Shown here piece after piece: positions 1 through 11,092 of a DNA stretch of 64,000 nt. The notes beneath the pieces were generated by a model, which was not told the DNA's origin, made no database searches, and saw only the letters and a list, made by a program, of their open reading frames with translations. Position 1 is the stretch's first letter. Each line of letters starts with the position of its first letter. Origin of the DNA: Ostreococcus lucimarinus (Eukaryota); assembly GCA_000092065.1 (NCBI GenBank), contig CP000591.1, one strand, 5' to 3'. The translations under genes and the position numbers were made by a program.

Positions 1-303
1 CCGGCGCGCCGCGCCGCGATCGCGCGCGCACGTTCGCGTCGATCGCGACGCACCTTATTCGTCGCGTCGTTGAGCGCGGGCATGACGCGTCGTGTTTTGG
101 CGATTTCGTGGAAGTGACGTTTTGCTTCCCCGTTGTTCCCCCGCGCGCGAGGCGCGAGACGTCGAGACGTCGAGACGTCTCGCCGAGCGATGCGCGCGGG
201 CGCGAGCGGCGACGCGCGGGCGATGCGATGGATTACAACAGTGATGTACACGTACGGCGATGTACAGTCGATGCGCGGTATTGATGCGCGATACAGGTTC
301 GAA

Positions 304-1185
304 TCAGTCGGCGGTCGGCCCTTCCCAAAAGCCGTCGACCATCCACTCGCTCGCGTCGTCGGCGAAGAAATCATCCCGCTCGCGATCCGCCGCCTCGCGC
401 TCGTCCCACATTCGCTCGTAATCTTCCAAGCGGGTGTCGTCCTCGGACGCGCTGTCGAGGAGCATGTTTTGAATGCTGATGGGCAAGCTCTCGACGTAGT
501 CGTACGAGTGGATGCGATATATAAGTTCTGGGAATTCGTCGACGACGGCGCGCGCGTCGCAATTCGGTTCCAAACTCGCCAGTTTTGCCACCGCGCGCTC
601 AATGTGGGCGTGAATGTCATCCACCAGTAATAATTGCGGATGACGCTCGATCAATCCGGTGACATCGCGACACATATCGCTCGAGCACAAAACGTCTTGC
701 AACTCGAGCACGCGTTTACTCGCGGCGACGAATTCAATTTTCAAAACCCCTGGGTCGCGTTCGAACACCGCGCACACGTCGATGTCCGGCAGAAGTCTTC
801 GCAGGCGATCGCCCGCGATCGCGATCTGCGCTGGATCGCGCATTTCACGGTGCGTTTCGCCGACGTCGACGAGCGCGCGCACGACGCGATCTCTCGCGCC
901 CGCGTACTCGCGCCAAAACGTCACCAGTTCCACCGCCCACGGTTCGGTGTAGCCGAGGTTGTCCACGTCGACCGCCGCATCGAGCGCGTTTTGAGCCTTG
1001 GCTTCGTCGCGGCGACGCGCGGACGCGCGGCACGCGCTGGGACGACGGACCGAGCGCGCCGAGTGCCTCGGCTGCGCGTTCAAAAGCGCGCCGGAAGACG
1101 CGCGCGCGCGGCGCGCTGAGTGAATCGAAGCGGGCGCGGGGGTGCGGACGCGCGCGCGCACGCCAGCGGCGATGACGCGAGGCAT
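304..1185 (-). CDS. hypothetical protein (possible transit-peptide N-terminus, acidic C-terminus)
   Basis: ATG-initiated 293-aa ORF with balanced, non-repetitive composition through most of its length. The overlapping + ORFs (133..630, 634..1119) are Arg-rich and antisense-like. No family recognised. Confidence 0.35.
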   Translation of the reverse strand: MPRVIAAGVRARVRTPAPASIHSARRARASSGALLNAQPRHSARSVRRPSACRASARRRDEAKAQNALDAAVDVDNLGYTEPWAVELVTFWREYAGARDRVVRALVDVGETHREMRDPAQIAIAGDRLRRLLPDIDVCAVFERDPGVLKIEFVAASKRVLELQDVLCSSDMCRDVTGLIERHPQLLLVDDIHAHIERAVAKLASLEPNCDARAVVDEFPELIYRIHSYDYVESLPISIQNMLLDSASEDDTRLEDYERMWDEREAADRERDDFFADDASEWMVDGFWEGPTAD

Positions 1186-1366
1186 GGCGCCGACGCTCGC
1201 GCGGTCACCGCGCGCGGCGGTGTGACGAGGCGCGTCGCGGCGCGCGCGGGACGCGGCGGTTCGCGGCGGTTGGCGGTCGTTCGTATTATTCTATTCTCAA
1301 TCTCGAACGGTGGGCGTTCGCGCGCTATGGTTCGACGTCGATGTAATCGCGGGTCGTCGACGCCGT

Positions 1367-4243
1367 TCACTTGTGTTTGAGTTTGGAGACGAAATCGTCG
1401 ACGCTGAATTCTTCGGCGTATTGCGCCTCGTCCCACATTTCTTCGAGTCCGTTGACGATGTTGGAGAGACCGCCAGAAGCGGCGCCCGCGGCGGCGGCGG
1501 CCGCGCCCTTGGCGACGGGTGCACCGTCTTTGCCGAGTTTGACACCCTTCTCCGCGGTGAAGAGCTCGAGCATTTGACCGGTGTCCATGGCGCTCATGGA
1601 CGCGTTGTCGGCGTTCACCACGGCGTTGGCGACGTCGAGCTTGAAGCGCTGCAGAGACATGATTTTCTCTTCGAGCGTGCCGCGAGTGAGGATGCGGTAG
1701 ACGTTCACGGTCTTGCGTTGACCGAGTCGGTGTGCGCGATCCATGGCTTGCAAATCCTTCTGCGGGTTCCAGTCGTGCTCGAGGAAGACGACGGTGTCGG
1801 CGGATGTCAAGTTTAATCCCAAACCGCCGACGTGCGTCGTGAGCAAGAGCACGTCGATTGACGGGTCTGCGTTAAACTTGCGCACAACATCGAATCGCTG
1901 CGATGGTGGAATACTCCCATCGAGTCGTAACCAGCTTACGTCGCGCATTTGCGTCGTGAAAAGTTCGTTTTCTACCAAGTCGAGCAAGCTCTTGAGCTGG
2001 GAAAACACCAAGACGCGATGACCGGCGCCCGACGCCGGATTCGGCTTCCCCTCGTCCCCGTTGGACTTTTCTTCTTCTAAGTCTACTCCAATGCCACAAT
2101 CAATCAATATTTGCTTCAACGCATCGAATTTCGGCGAGCGCATCTCAGGATTGAACTTTTTGCTCGCGCCGTCAGACACGACGAGTTTCGGATGCGAGCA
2201 CAGCTTGCGCAAGTATTGCAGCGTCGTGAAGACGTGTTGCGCCGCGCCTTCGGCGCCTCCACCGCCTTCAATCGCGCTCACGGCTTGATCCTTTGCTTCG
2301 CTTGATTCGAACGCATCGTACATCTTGCGCTGCGCGTCCGTGAGTTCGACGTAGACGTCTTGAATAATCTTGGGCGGCAAATCCTTGAGCACTTCGTCCT
2401 TTGTGCGGCGCATGACGAAGGGCATGACTTGCTTGTGCAGTGCACCCGTGGCGAGCGCGCCTTGCTCGCTCAGTCCACCGCCTTTCTTCGCAGCCGCCGA
2501 TCTCGCCGCGGCGATGCCGTAAGTCTTCTTGAACTCGCGCTCGGTGCCTAAAAATCCAGGCATGAGAAAGTCGAACAAACTCCAAAGTTCCACGACGTCG
2601 TTTTGAATCGGCGTGCCGGAGAGCAACAATCGGTGCTCCGCGCGCACGCTCTTCACCGCTTGCGTCACGCGACTTTTTGGGTTGCGGATGGCGTGACCTT
2701 CGTCCAAGACGCAGTAACACCAGTCGAATTTGTCCAACGAATCGAAATCGGCGCGAACAGATTCATACGACATGATGACGACGTCGTACTTGCCAAAGTC
2801 CTTCTGTAACGCGCGACGGTCGGGTGGACTGCCGTGGTACTCAAGCGGGCGCAACACATCCGGTTCGACGTAAAGCCCGATCTCGTACGCCCAGTGACTG
2901 ACGAGGGTGCTCGGGCAGATCACCAAGTGCGGGAGTGTTTTCAATCCAGCTTCCTTGCGCTCCACCGTCGTCGCGGCGAGAATGCACGTCGATTGAAGCG
3001 TCTTTCCAAGACCCATGTCGTCCGCGAGCGCACCGTGCAACTTGAAGCGACGCAAGAACGCGAGCCAATTCACACCATCTTGCTGATACGGGCGCAGCGT
3101 GCGCGCACACTTGAACGGGAGTTTGAAGTCTTCAATCTTGCTGTTGTCCAAGAGCGCCTCGAGGAATTCGCCATCCTTCTTTGAGCGTTCTTTTTGCTTG
3201 GTCGTCAGATCGTTCGGCGGTTCTTTACCGACAGCGAGCGGAAGCAACGGTACCAGCTTTGCGAACGCACGGGTGGCGTTTCCACGAATTTTCAGATCCG
3301 GATCACTCATTCGACCCATCAGAGGAACGAGAAGTAAGACGCAATACGGCGCGAGCACGGCGCCGAGTGTGTCGACAAGTTCGCTCGCGAGGCCGACGGC
3401 ACCAGCACGCTTCGCCGTCTGCGAGGCCGCCTCTCCTTCTTCTAACTTCGGCACGATGAAGTCTAACAACGACGAAATGATTCGCTCGGGATGCTTCGAA
3501 GCGATGCTCGCTATGGTCTTTGCCGCAGTTTTCCGCACCGCGACGTCGGTGTACAACGCTGCGGCGAACGCCGTCTTGGTCGTTTCGATAACTTTCTCCT
3601 CCAAAGCTTCGTGCACCACGGGGCCTAAAATCTTGAACAACTGCAACGCATCGACGAGTGACTGCAGCGTTGCGGTGGGAGCATTTTCAGGCGGGGCTTG
3701 CGTGATCGGCTTCATCATGAGCGCGTCCAACGCGCCAAGTTGGTTGAAAACGTCCGCTCCGAAGAGCGAAGCCGCCGAACGAATCACCGCCTCGCCACCG
3801 CGTCTCGCGATTGTCGCGTCACTGATAACTTCTTCATCGACGATGCCCGCGACGGACTTCTTCTTCTTCCCATCATCTTCCTCTTCTTCTACTTCTTCCG
3901 TCAATCCAGCTTTGGGCGTCTCGGCTTCGTCGCCGCAAATCATCGACGTGATGTTCTTGAGAAGCTTATCGTTAGGCGACGGCGAGCGCGAAGTGCACAG
4001 CTTCATCATAGCCGCCACCGAAGCCGCGGCATGTGCTTGCAAATCTGCATCGCGTTCGCGACGCACAGACGACATCAACGGTTGAATGAATGGATTCAGT
4101 TTCGGAGGCAACGCGCCGAAACCGACAGCGGCACCCGCGGCGGCGGCGAGCACGGCGCCGTGAAGCTTCGCTTCGGTATCTCGCAAACGTTGCGCGGATG
4201 CATGAAGAGAACCTCGCGCCGTTTCCACGGCAGCTATCTCGGA
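1367..4243 (-). CDS. MOT1: TATA-binding-protein-associated factor Mot1/BTAF1, exon 2 (SNF2 ATPase/helicase C-terminal half)
   Basis: SNF2-family motifs are visible: LDEGHAIRNPKS (DEGH box), LLLSGTPIQNDVVELWSLFDFLMPGFLG, and the helicase-C motif GGLGLNLTSADTVVFLEHDWNPQKDLQAMDRAHRLGQ. Exon boundary: a pyrimidine-rich acceptor ctctttccatcgcAG ends at 4244 and the exon begins in phase 0 at 4243. Confidence 0.85.
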   Translation of the reverse strand, partial: SEIAAVETARGSLHASAQRLRDTEAKLHGAVLAAAAGAAVGFGALPPKLNPFIQPLMSSVRRERDADLQAHAAASVAAMMKLCTSRSPSPNDKLLKNITSMICGDEAETPKAGLTEEVEEEEDDGKKKKSVAGIVDEEVISDATIARRGGEAVIRSAASLFGADVFNQLGALDALMMKPITQAPPENAPTATLQSLVDALQLFKILGPVVHEALEEKVIETTKTAFAAALYTDVAVRKTAAKTIASIASKHPERIISSLLDFIVPKLEEGEAASQTAKRAGAVGLASELVDTLGAVLAPYCVLLLVPLMGRMSDPDLKIRGNATRAFAKLVPLLPLAVGKEPPNDLTTKQKERSKKDGEFLEALLDNSKIEDFKLPFKCARTLRPYQQDGVNWLAFLRRFKLHGALADDMGLGKTLQSTCILAATTVERKEAGLKTLPHLVICPSTLVSHWAYEIGLYVEPDVLRPLEYHGSPPDRRALQKDFGKYDVVIMSYESVRADFDSLDKFDWCYCVLDEGHAIRNPKSRVTQAVKSVRAEHRLLLSGTPIQNDVVELWSLFDFLMPGFLGTEREFKKTYGIAAARSAAAKKGGGLSEQGALATGALHKQVMPFVMRRTKDEVLKDLPPKIIQDVYVELTDAQRKMYDAFESSEAKDQAVSAIEGGGGAEGAAQHVFTTLQYLRKLCSHPKLVVSDGASKKFNPEMRSPKFDALKQILIDCGIGVDLEEEKSNGDEGKPNPASGAGHRVLVFSQLKSLLDLVENELFTTQMRDVSWLRLDGSIPPSQRFDVVRKFNADPSIDVLLLTTHVGGLGLNLTSADTVVFLEHDWNPQKDLQAMDRAHRLGQRKTVNVYRILTRGTLEEKIMSLQRFKLDVANAVVNADNASMSAMDTGQMLELFTAEKGVKLGKDGAPVAKGAAAAAAGAASGGLSNIVNGLEEMWDEAQYAEEFSVDDFVSKLKHK

Positions 4244-4550
4244 CTGCGATGGAAAGAGTCGATCGTGGTTGGTCAGTCTCGTACGAGTTCGGTGGCGCAA
4301 TGGGGGATGTTCGAGGACTTATACTTCTCTTCGGGCAATGCTAGCTCTGAGGAAACCTGTGAGCCTCGTTTTTATGTAGGAGCTGGACACGACGCAAGCG
4401 TTCGTCCGATGCCCGTGATACTAAACCCATGTGGTGAAACCGCATGAAATACCACGCGCAGAGTGCGCGCGGCGCCGATCGTACGTGTAGACGTCGCCGC
4501 CGCCGCGCGCGAACTCCGAAGCGAGAAAAAATCGAACACGTGAAACGTAC
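4244..4550 (-). other. spliceosomal intron (307 nt) of the Mot1 gene
   Basis: On the minus strand: donor CAG|GTACGT at 4550, acceptor ...tttccatcgcAG|TCC at 4244. The intron is phase 0 at both ends. The reading frame otherwise runs into a stop at 4341 and the junction lacks coding character. Its G+C looks lower than the flanking exons. Confidence 0.65.
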
Positions 4551-6983
4551 CTGTGGCACAGCCGCCGAGAGCGTCGCAGCCGAATCCGCACCAAAACCAT
4601 CTGCCTCGGGACTAGGAACTTCACCCGTGACGACGACGCCATTCGTCGCCGCCACACGCAAAAATGCCATCGATTCGCTTTTCACGTACTTGACCATTTG
4701 CGCCACCTCGCCGTACGGTGTCGGCGACGGTGCGCTGGGATATGCCGGATTCGTATTTGCTAAAATTGCCCCCAGTTGCGCACCAGGCGCTTGCAACGTC
4801 GGACGTTGCGGACCAGGCGGAACCACTCGAAGCCAAGAGGTGAGCAAGTGCGCGCCGGCGAGACGCGCGGTGGCGAGCTCGCCCGTGAGCATGCCCACGA
4901 TGTGCTGCTCCATACGAGCGACCGAACTCGAGCGTTCGTGCGCGCCGAACGCCGCGGCTAGACGCGCGAGGCACTCGAGTCCACGCATACGACCAGCGGT
5001 GGTGGCCGGCCAATCTTTCGCGACGGCGCGAATCTCACCCTTAACGCTCGGCGGCGTGGAGACGAAAATTAATTTGCCCTCGCCACGAGCGTTCGCCACC
5101 GTTGTCGCGAGTTCGCACCACTTCGCGCCGTGTACCGTGAACGTAGCCTCGATGATGGCGATCGGGACCGTGCGCAAAAGCGCCACCCACGCCTCGCTCG
5201 CCGCATCGGCGCTCGCCGCGTCGACGTCGAGCAGCGCGCCTTGAAATGCGTGACGCATCGCCGGCGCGCACGCCTCTTGCACCCACAACTGCGTCGACGC
5301 GTTCGGCTCGACGGCTAACAGTCGAGCAAGCGTCTGCCACACGGCCAGTCGTACGGCTGGGATCGGGTGCGCGGCGAACGGCCAAAGACGTGGGACGACT
5401 TCAGCGAGCGCGGCGGTGGACTTTGCGCGCGTCGATTCCAACGCGTACAGTTCGGCGATGAGCTTCATCACCGGTACCGCACTCGGTGACAAGTCGTCGA
5501 GCTCGTTGAGGAGCCCCCACAACGACGAAAGTAATTCGTTGAATTGCGGATGACTCGGCAAGTGCTCGACGGCAGGTAATAAGGATTCCGCCGCGGCGCC
5601 TCGCACGTCGTCGTCGGCGTCCACGAGCGCCTTGGTCGCCGCGGGTAGCGCTGCGGGCAAAAGCTCGACTGCCAACTCTGACTTTGCGGCGAGAATATAC
5701 TTCAACCCGAGCAACGCGGAGTGCCGCACTTCCCACTCGGGGCGCGACAGTAGTGTGAGCGTGCACGACACCACGGCGTCGACGGCTTGCGGCGACAACG
5801 GCAAAAGCGCCGCGCCGAGCGCCTGCGCGGACGTCTCACGGACGGGCGCCACCGCGCCGTCGCCCGCGAAATCACCGAAACGGTCAAGCGCTAGTATGCA
5901 CAGTAAGCGCACGCACATGTCCTCGAGCCAAGCGGCGTTGGACTCGCGAGCGATCTCCACCGTTCCCGGTTCTGGTTTCACTCCGGGCGGCGGCGCCCAA
6001 ATAGCCGCGCTCGCCGCCTGATGACGTAGCACCTCACGCAACGCCGCGGCGGCGCCGTGACGCTCTTCCCACCCCTCCGAAAACATCATGTACGCCAACG
6101 TCTCGCAGGTGCGCGCGAGCGGCCATCCGCCCGCGGCGACTTCCGCCTGTTCCTCGTCGTCCTCCTCCGCTTCCGCCTTCTCCTGTTCCAAACGCGCCGC
6201 TTCCTCGTCCTGCTTCGACCGCTTCGCGTCCAGCGGATTCGCGCCTTCGCGCAACATCCGTTTCGCCTTACGCTTCAACTTGTTCAGCTCTCGCGCGCTC
6301 AAATGACTGTAATCGACGTCGCCGGTCAACCCGTCCACCGCCTCCGCCGCGCTATCGCCAACCGCAACCTTCTCCTGCACGGTCACCTTCCCATCGTCCA
6401 GCAAATCCTCATCCTTCACCAAATCACTCATCTTCATGTTCTCGTCCATCATCGCTCCCGCCTCGGGGCCGAGCTCCATGCCTAACCTTCGCTTCAACGA
6501 CGCCTTGGCTTGCGCCAACCGTTCCGCCTTCGTCCCCGGTCCGTTTTCCAGCCGCCACCCGATCCCGCTCGAACTCAACAGTATCCCCGCCTTTTCCAGC
6601 ACGCGCTCGACGTCGAACTTCGCGAACGTGAGATCGAGCGCGTCCGAGCCCGCGTTCGCGTCCCGTCCCGTCTTCGCCTCGCTCGCGTCCCGTCCCGCGT
6701 CTCGTTCCGCCCCATCGCTCTCCATCGCGATCAGCGCGTCCACGCTCGGGTGTCGCAACCGCGACGCGATTTCACTCATCGTCGCGCTCGCCGCGACGCG
6801 GGTCTCCCATTTTTTGCTCCGCAGGTGCGCGCGAACGCGACGGAGGAGATTGGGCAACTGCGTCGAGTGCGACGCGGCGAGTTCGCCAATCTGACGCGCG
6901 GCCTCGCGCCTCGCGGCGGCGGTGGAGCCGGTGTCGAGGAGTTTGATCAGGCGGTCCAGGCGCGAGCCGCCGGATTCCGCCAT
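4551..6983 (-). CDS. MOT1: Mot1/BTAF1 exon 1 (N-terminal HEAT-repeat half)
   Basis: ATG at 6983. The HEAT/ARM-like helical repeat region fits the N-terminal TBP-binding region of BTAF1 (e.g. LDRLIKLLDTGSTAAARREAARQIGEL...). With exon 2 the protein is ~1,770 aa, in the expected BTAF1/Mot1 range. Confidence 0.8.
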
Positions 6984-7121
6984 GGCGCGCGGTGACGGCG
7001 GCGCGATCTGACGCGAGAATGCGTCGACGCCGCGAGGAGGCGTCGACTTCGGCGCGACGCGTCAGCGAATCGAATGCGTCGGGTTCGTTACAGTTCGAGT
7101 CGAAGATTTGAGATTGAAGCG

Positions 7122-8237
7122 CTAATCCACGTCGTTCGCCGCGCCGCCGGGCGCGGCGCCGGCGCCCGGGAAGCCGCCCGGGAAGCCGCCCGGGAAGCCG
7201 CCGGGCGCGCCGCCCGGCATCGCGCCGCCCATCGAAGCCATCAATTTTTGCAACACCGGTCCGACTTCGGGGTCGCTCATGTACTGCATCGCCGCCATCG
7301 GGTTCTTCATCATCGTTTGAAGCGCTTGCATGACCTTGGGGTTCTGCATCGCGGCGATGAGATCGGGGTCGCTCATCAGCTTTTGCGCCATCTCGGGCGA
7401 AACGCCGGGCGGCAAGTCGCCGGCGCCGCCCGGGAATCCGGCGCCCGGTTGGCCGAACCCAGGCCCGCCGGCGTCTTTCGCCGCGGCTTCTTTGCGCGCC
7501 GCCTCCGCGGCGGCTCGGCGTTTTTCGAGCTCTTCTCTTTCCTTGGCCTCCTTCGCGGCGCGCGCCTTGCCCTCGCGCACGTGAAGCTCGTGCACGACGC
7601 TCAAGACTTTTTTATGCATCTCCCCGTACGTCTCGTCGAAGTCCTGAGACAATCCCGCGCTCAGATCCGCGTTGGCCTCGTTCCAGTGTCCCAAGTACCT
7701 GTGCGCCGCGCCTCGAACCTTCAACGCCTTGGCCGAATCCGGATTCAACTTCAACGCCGCCGTCCCGTCTCGAATCGCCGACAGCGGCTTTCGCAACTTG
7801 ATGAAACATTCCGCCCGTTTCGCGTACGTCAGCGCCGACGGCGCGATCATCAGCGCCTCCGTGTACCTCTCGATCGCCTCCTCCCACGCCTCGCGCGCGA
7901 ACGCCTCGCTCGCCAGTCGCTTCGCCTCGCTCGCCTTCGCCTCCTCCGCCTCCCCGAGCGTCTCCGGCGCCGTCTCCGCCCCCATCGCGATCGCGCTCAG
8001 ATCATCGCTCTCGGCCGCCATCGCCTCGTCGTCCTCGATCTCGATCGCGTCCGTCCCCGTCCCCGTCGTCGTCGTCGTCCGCGGCGCCGGAATCGTCGCC
8101 CCCAAATCCTCCTCGAGCCATCGTCGGAAGAATTCGAGCGCCGGCGCGTCCAGGATCGCGCTGTCTTCCTTCGCCGCGCGCACGAGGTGTCGCAGCGCCT
8201 CCAGCGTCGCCGTCGTCGGCGCGCGTTCGCGCGTCAT
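7122..8237 (-). CDS. HIP: Hsc70-interacting protein (Hip/ST13-like): TPR repeats + charged region + GGxP repeats + STI1/DP domain
   Basis: The N-terminus LEALRHLVRAAKEDSAILDAPALEFFRRWLEE resembles the Hip dimerisation region. TPR motifs (AEEAKASEAKRLASEAFAREAWEEAIERYTEALMIAPSALTYAKRAECFIKL...), GGFPGGFPGGFPG repeats and a C-terminal STI1-like segment (MSDPDLIAAMQNPKVMQALQTMMKNP...DPEVGPVLQKLM) are present. I trimmed the 903-aa ORF to the ATG at 8237; the upstream Arg-rich extension does not look coding. Confidence 0.8.
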   Translation of the reverse strand: MTRERAPTTATLEALRHLVRAAKEDSAILDAPALEFFRRWLEEDLGATIPAPRTTTTTGTGTDAIEIEDDEAMAAESDDLSAIAMGAETAPETLGEAEEAKASEAKRLASEAFAREAWEEAIERYTEALMIAPSALTYAKRAECFIKLRKPLSAIRDGTAALKLNPDSAKALKVRGAAHRYLGHWNEANADLSAGLSQDFDETYGEMHKKVLSVVHELHVREGKARAAKEAKEREELEKRRAAAEAARKEAAAKDAGGPGFGQPGAGFPGGAGDLPPGVSPEMAQKLMSDPDLIAAMQNPKVMQALQTMMKNPMAAMQYMSDPEVGPVLQKLMASMGGAMPGGAPGGFPGGFPGGFPGAGAAPGGAANDVD

Positions 8238-8561
8238 CGCGCCCGGTCGTCGCGTCGTCGAGTGCCGCCGATGAATGAATCTTCGCGAACGACGATTCGA
8301 TCGACGCGCCCGTAAGTTTGCCGACATCACCCATCGCGGCCGCGCGGCGTCGCGCGCGCGCCGACGGGAATCGCTCGACGTCGAGCAACTCTCGAATTCG
8401 CGATTTTTTTTAACTCGCGCGCGATCGCGTCGAATCTTCGTCGCGACCGGTCGCCGCGTCGTCGCCCCCCCCGAGGTGGTTACGCCGCGCGTCCTTCGCG
8501 CGCGGCACTCGGCGACGCGTCGTCGACGGCGCGCGTCGCGCGCGACGTCGCGACCTCGCGG

Positions 8562-9890
8562 ATGCGTCGCGCGACGCTCGATCGCGCGCGTCGCGCGCTC
8601 GCGTCGCGCGCGCCGATGGAAACGGCGCTCGAGGATGCGAAATCGATGATCGAGTACGCGCGCGCGCGATGGCGCGTCGGCGCGCGAGGCGACGCGCGGG
8701 GGGTGCTGGAACACGCGAGCGTGGCGCTGAGGCGACGAGGCGAGGAACCGGCGACGTCGAGCGCGATCGCGCGCGCGCGCACGGCGTGGGCGCACCTGGC
8801 GCGGGAGCGAGGCGAGCGCGGGACGGCGCGAGACGCGGCGCGAGACGCGCGAGACGCGGCGCGCGAGAGCGGAGCGCCGGAGGACGGCGCTTCGGCGGAC
8901 GCGATGTGGACGCTCCTGGAGGCGCGGGAGGAAGCGAAGGAGGCGACGTGGGCGGACGTGGTCGAGGGCGCGCGGCGCGGCGCGGGAGGGGGAGCGGGAG
9001 GGCGGTGCGCGGCGGCGGGCGCGGAGACGCTGGCGGCGCTGACGCGAAGACGCGCGAGGGACGCGTTGGAGGCGGCGGAGACGTGCGAGATCGCGCTCAG
9101 GGGGATGTCGTCGGAGGAGTTGCGAGAGGCGAAGGACGCACCGCACGGGTGGGCGATCGCGAGCGCGATGAAGGCGCTGGGACACGTCGAGAGGTTGACG
9201 CCGAGCGGGTCGAGCGAACGCGCGTTGGAACTGTACGAACGCGCCGCCGAGTACGCCAAGGACGTGGCGCTGAGCGAGCACCCGGGGGCGATGGCGTCGA
9301 GGATGATCGCTGAGGATTTGCAAGCGGATTGCGCGTTGGCGCGCGCGCAGGCGTACGCGGCGCTCGGGGACGTGGAGAACGCCGAGACGTTCGCCGCGCG
9401 AGCGGTGAGCGCCGCGGAGGCGTTGGGCGACGAAAAGCATCCGCGCGTCGGAGCGGCGATCGCGGTGAGCGGGGACGTGTACGTGGCCAAAGCGCTCAGA
9501 TCGATGTCGAACGATGAGAAGACGTCTTTGGGCGACGGCGCGGGCGTGATGTTTGCCGAGGGGTTGTACAAGAGCGCCATAAAATTGATGCATTACCCGC
9601 ACGTCGTCGAGGATGGGAAAATCGTCCTCGATTACGAGGCGAGGCACTTGTGCGCGCTGTTGCACGCGCGCTACTCGAGCATTTTGCGCGCGTCTGGCGG
9701 TCAGCGCGAGCGTGAAGCCAACGCGTGGCTCGAAAGCGCAAAGATTTTGTGGCCAGATGAGCGCGGCGACGATGAAGGCGTCGACGGCGTCGACATCGTG
9801 ACCAAGGCGGCGACGAAGCTCGGCGTGAAGCACGGACCGTCGGTGTTGATCGATTTACAGCAAATGGCGCCTCTCACCATGGGCGCGTGA
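8562..9890 (+). CDS. hypothetical Ala-rich helical (TPR-like) protein
   Basis: ATG at 8562 (alternative ATG at 8616). The 442-aa ORF has coding-like composition in its C-terminal two-thirds (ALELYERAAEYAKDVALSEHPGAM..., HLCALLHARYSSILRASGG). No family recognised. Confidence 0.4.
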   Translation: MRRATLDRARRALASRAPMETALEDAKSMIEYARARWRVGARGDARGVLEHASVALRRRGEEPATSSAIARARTAWAHLARERGERGTARDAARDARDAARESGAPEDGASADAMWTLLEAREEAKEATWADVVEGARRGAGGGAGGRCAAAGAETLAALTRRRARDALEAAETCEIALRGMSSEELREAKDAPHGWAIASAMKALGHVERLTPSGSSERALELYERAAEYAKDVALSEHPGAMASRMIAEDLQADCALARAQAYAALGDVENAETFAARAVSAAEALGDEKHPRVGAAIAVSGDVYVAKALRSMSNDEKTSLGDGAGVMFAEGLYKSAIKLMHYPHVVEDGKIVLDYEARHLCALLHARYSSILRASGGQREREANAWLESAKILWPDERGDDEGVDGVDIVTKAATKLGVKHGPSVLIDLQQMAPLTMGA

Positions 9891-9982
9891 GCGTTGGTGC
9901 GTGCGCCGTGTACTTTTACTCCTTCCTACGCTACGGTTTCGCGCACGCCTTTAGTTTAGACGATTCGTTAGACGAAGAAACA

Positions 9983-11092
9983 TCACGTTTTTCGCTCACT
10001 CGCCGCCTCCTCCGTCTCGACGTGCAACGAGTGATGTCGCCGCTCTGCCTTCGTGAACCCGAGCTCGCGATAGTTCACGCGCGCTTCCGCACTCGTCGTA
10101 CCCACCGGCGAGTTTGCGGTTTTCGACGAAGGACCGCTGAGGATGGCGGTTAGATCGCCTCCAGCCTCCGCCGCGCGCATCGCGGCTTCGAGTTTGGCTT
10201 CGAAATCGAGCGCACTCGTCGACGGCGTCGGTTTCGCCGCGGGTTCGTACTTTTCCGGTGACTTGACTTCTAATTTCGGCTTGAACTCGCGCTTCGGCAC
10301 CGCGCGATCGAGCGGTTGCTTCTCGATCGGCGTCGACGCGCCGCGCGTTTCCTTGAGCGCGGCGGATAACATGCGCTCAAACGCATCGTCCTCGGCGGCG
10401 CTCGCCGGCGGCGACGCCTCCACCGCGGGACTGTTCACGGGACTGTTCACGAACTCCACAGGCGCGTCGACGTCCATCGCGACGTCGTCTCGTGCGCTCA
10501 AATCGTCCTCAACCTTCGCCTCGCCGTCGCCTTCCGAATTCGCCTCCGCGTCGTCGTCGCCTCCGCTCGCCTTTGGCGGCGAATTCGCCAAACCGCCCTT
10601 GGCCGCGAGCATCCGCCCGACGTCCACTCCCGCCGCCTCCGCCGCCATCGCGCGCCGCAGCTGCGCCTCGAATAACGCGTTTCTATCCTCTTCGTAAATC
10701 ACGCCGTCGATCGCCCCACCGTCGTCGTCGTCGTCGTCGTTCGCCCGCGTCGCCGTCACCGTCGGCACCGTCGTCCGCGCGCGTCCCGCGTCCTGACTCT
10801 TCACCACCGCCGCCGCCTTCACCGGCGCTCTCGCGACGCGCGCGTCGTCGTCCTTCGCGCGTCGACCGCGCGTCGGCGCGAACACCGCCGCCGTCGGGCT
10901 CGCGTCGAACGGAAACGTTTCGTCTTCCACCGGGGGAACGACTTTTCCCGTCGCGCTCGACGCCGCGCGGAGCCACGACGCACGCGAGACGCATATCGGC
11001 GAGACGTTGGACAGGTCGAACAGCGCGAGAAGTCTGCTCGCGTCGGCGGCGCGCGCGGGCGTCGAGGCGTCGGTCGTTCGCTCGCGCGCCAT
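9983..11092 (-). CDS. hypothetical low-complexity (Ala/Asp/Pro-rich) protein
   Basis: The first ATG in the ORF is at 11092; the track start at 11173 is TTG. Acidic/Ala-rich and disordered-looking; the C-terminus NYRELGFTKAERRHHSLHVETEEA is more complex. No family recognised. Confidence 0.25.
   Translation of the reverse strand: MARERTTDASTPARAADASRLLALFDLSNVSPICVSRASWLRAASSATGKVVPPVEDETFPFDASPTAAVFAPTRGRRAKDDDARVARAPVKAAAVVKSQDAGRARTTVPTVTATRANDDDDDDGGAIDGVIYEEDRNALFEAQLRRAMAAEAAGVDVGRMLAAKGGLANSPPKASGGDDDAEANSEGDGEAKVEDDLSARDDVAMDVDAPVEFVNSPVNSPAVEASPPASAAEDDAFERMLSAALKETRGASTPIEKQPLDRAVPKREFKPKLEVKSPEKYEPAAKPTPSTSALDFEAKLEAAMRAAEAGGDLTAILSGPSSKTANSPVGTTSAEARVNYRELGFTKAERRHHSLHVETEEAASERKT

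Noticed and set aside
1-83. Possible 5' end of another minus-strand gene running off the left edge (ATG at 83..81)
   Set aside because: Only ~27 codons of Arg/Asp-rich sequence are visible. That is too little to call a gene.
8238-9833. Upstream 530-codon extension of the Hip ORF; the Gly/Arg-rich + ORFs at 8669..9313 and 7074..8315
   Set aside because: Monotonous Arg/Ala/Gly composition typical of out-of-frame or antisense translation of GC-rich DNA. The real Hip N-terminus (dimerisation-domain-like) begins at the ATG at 8237, and the + strand gene 8562..9890 occupies the rest.
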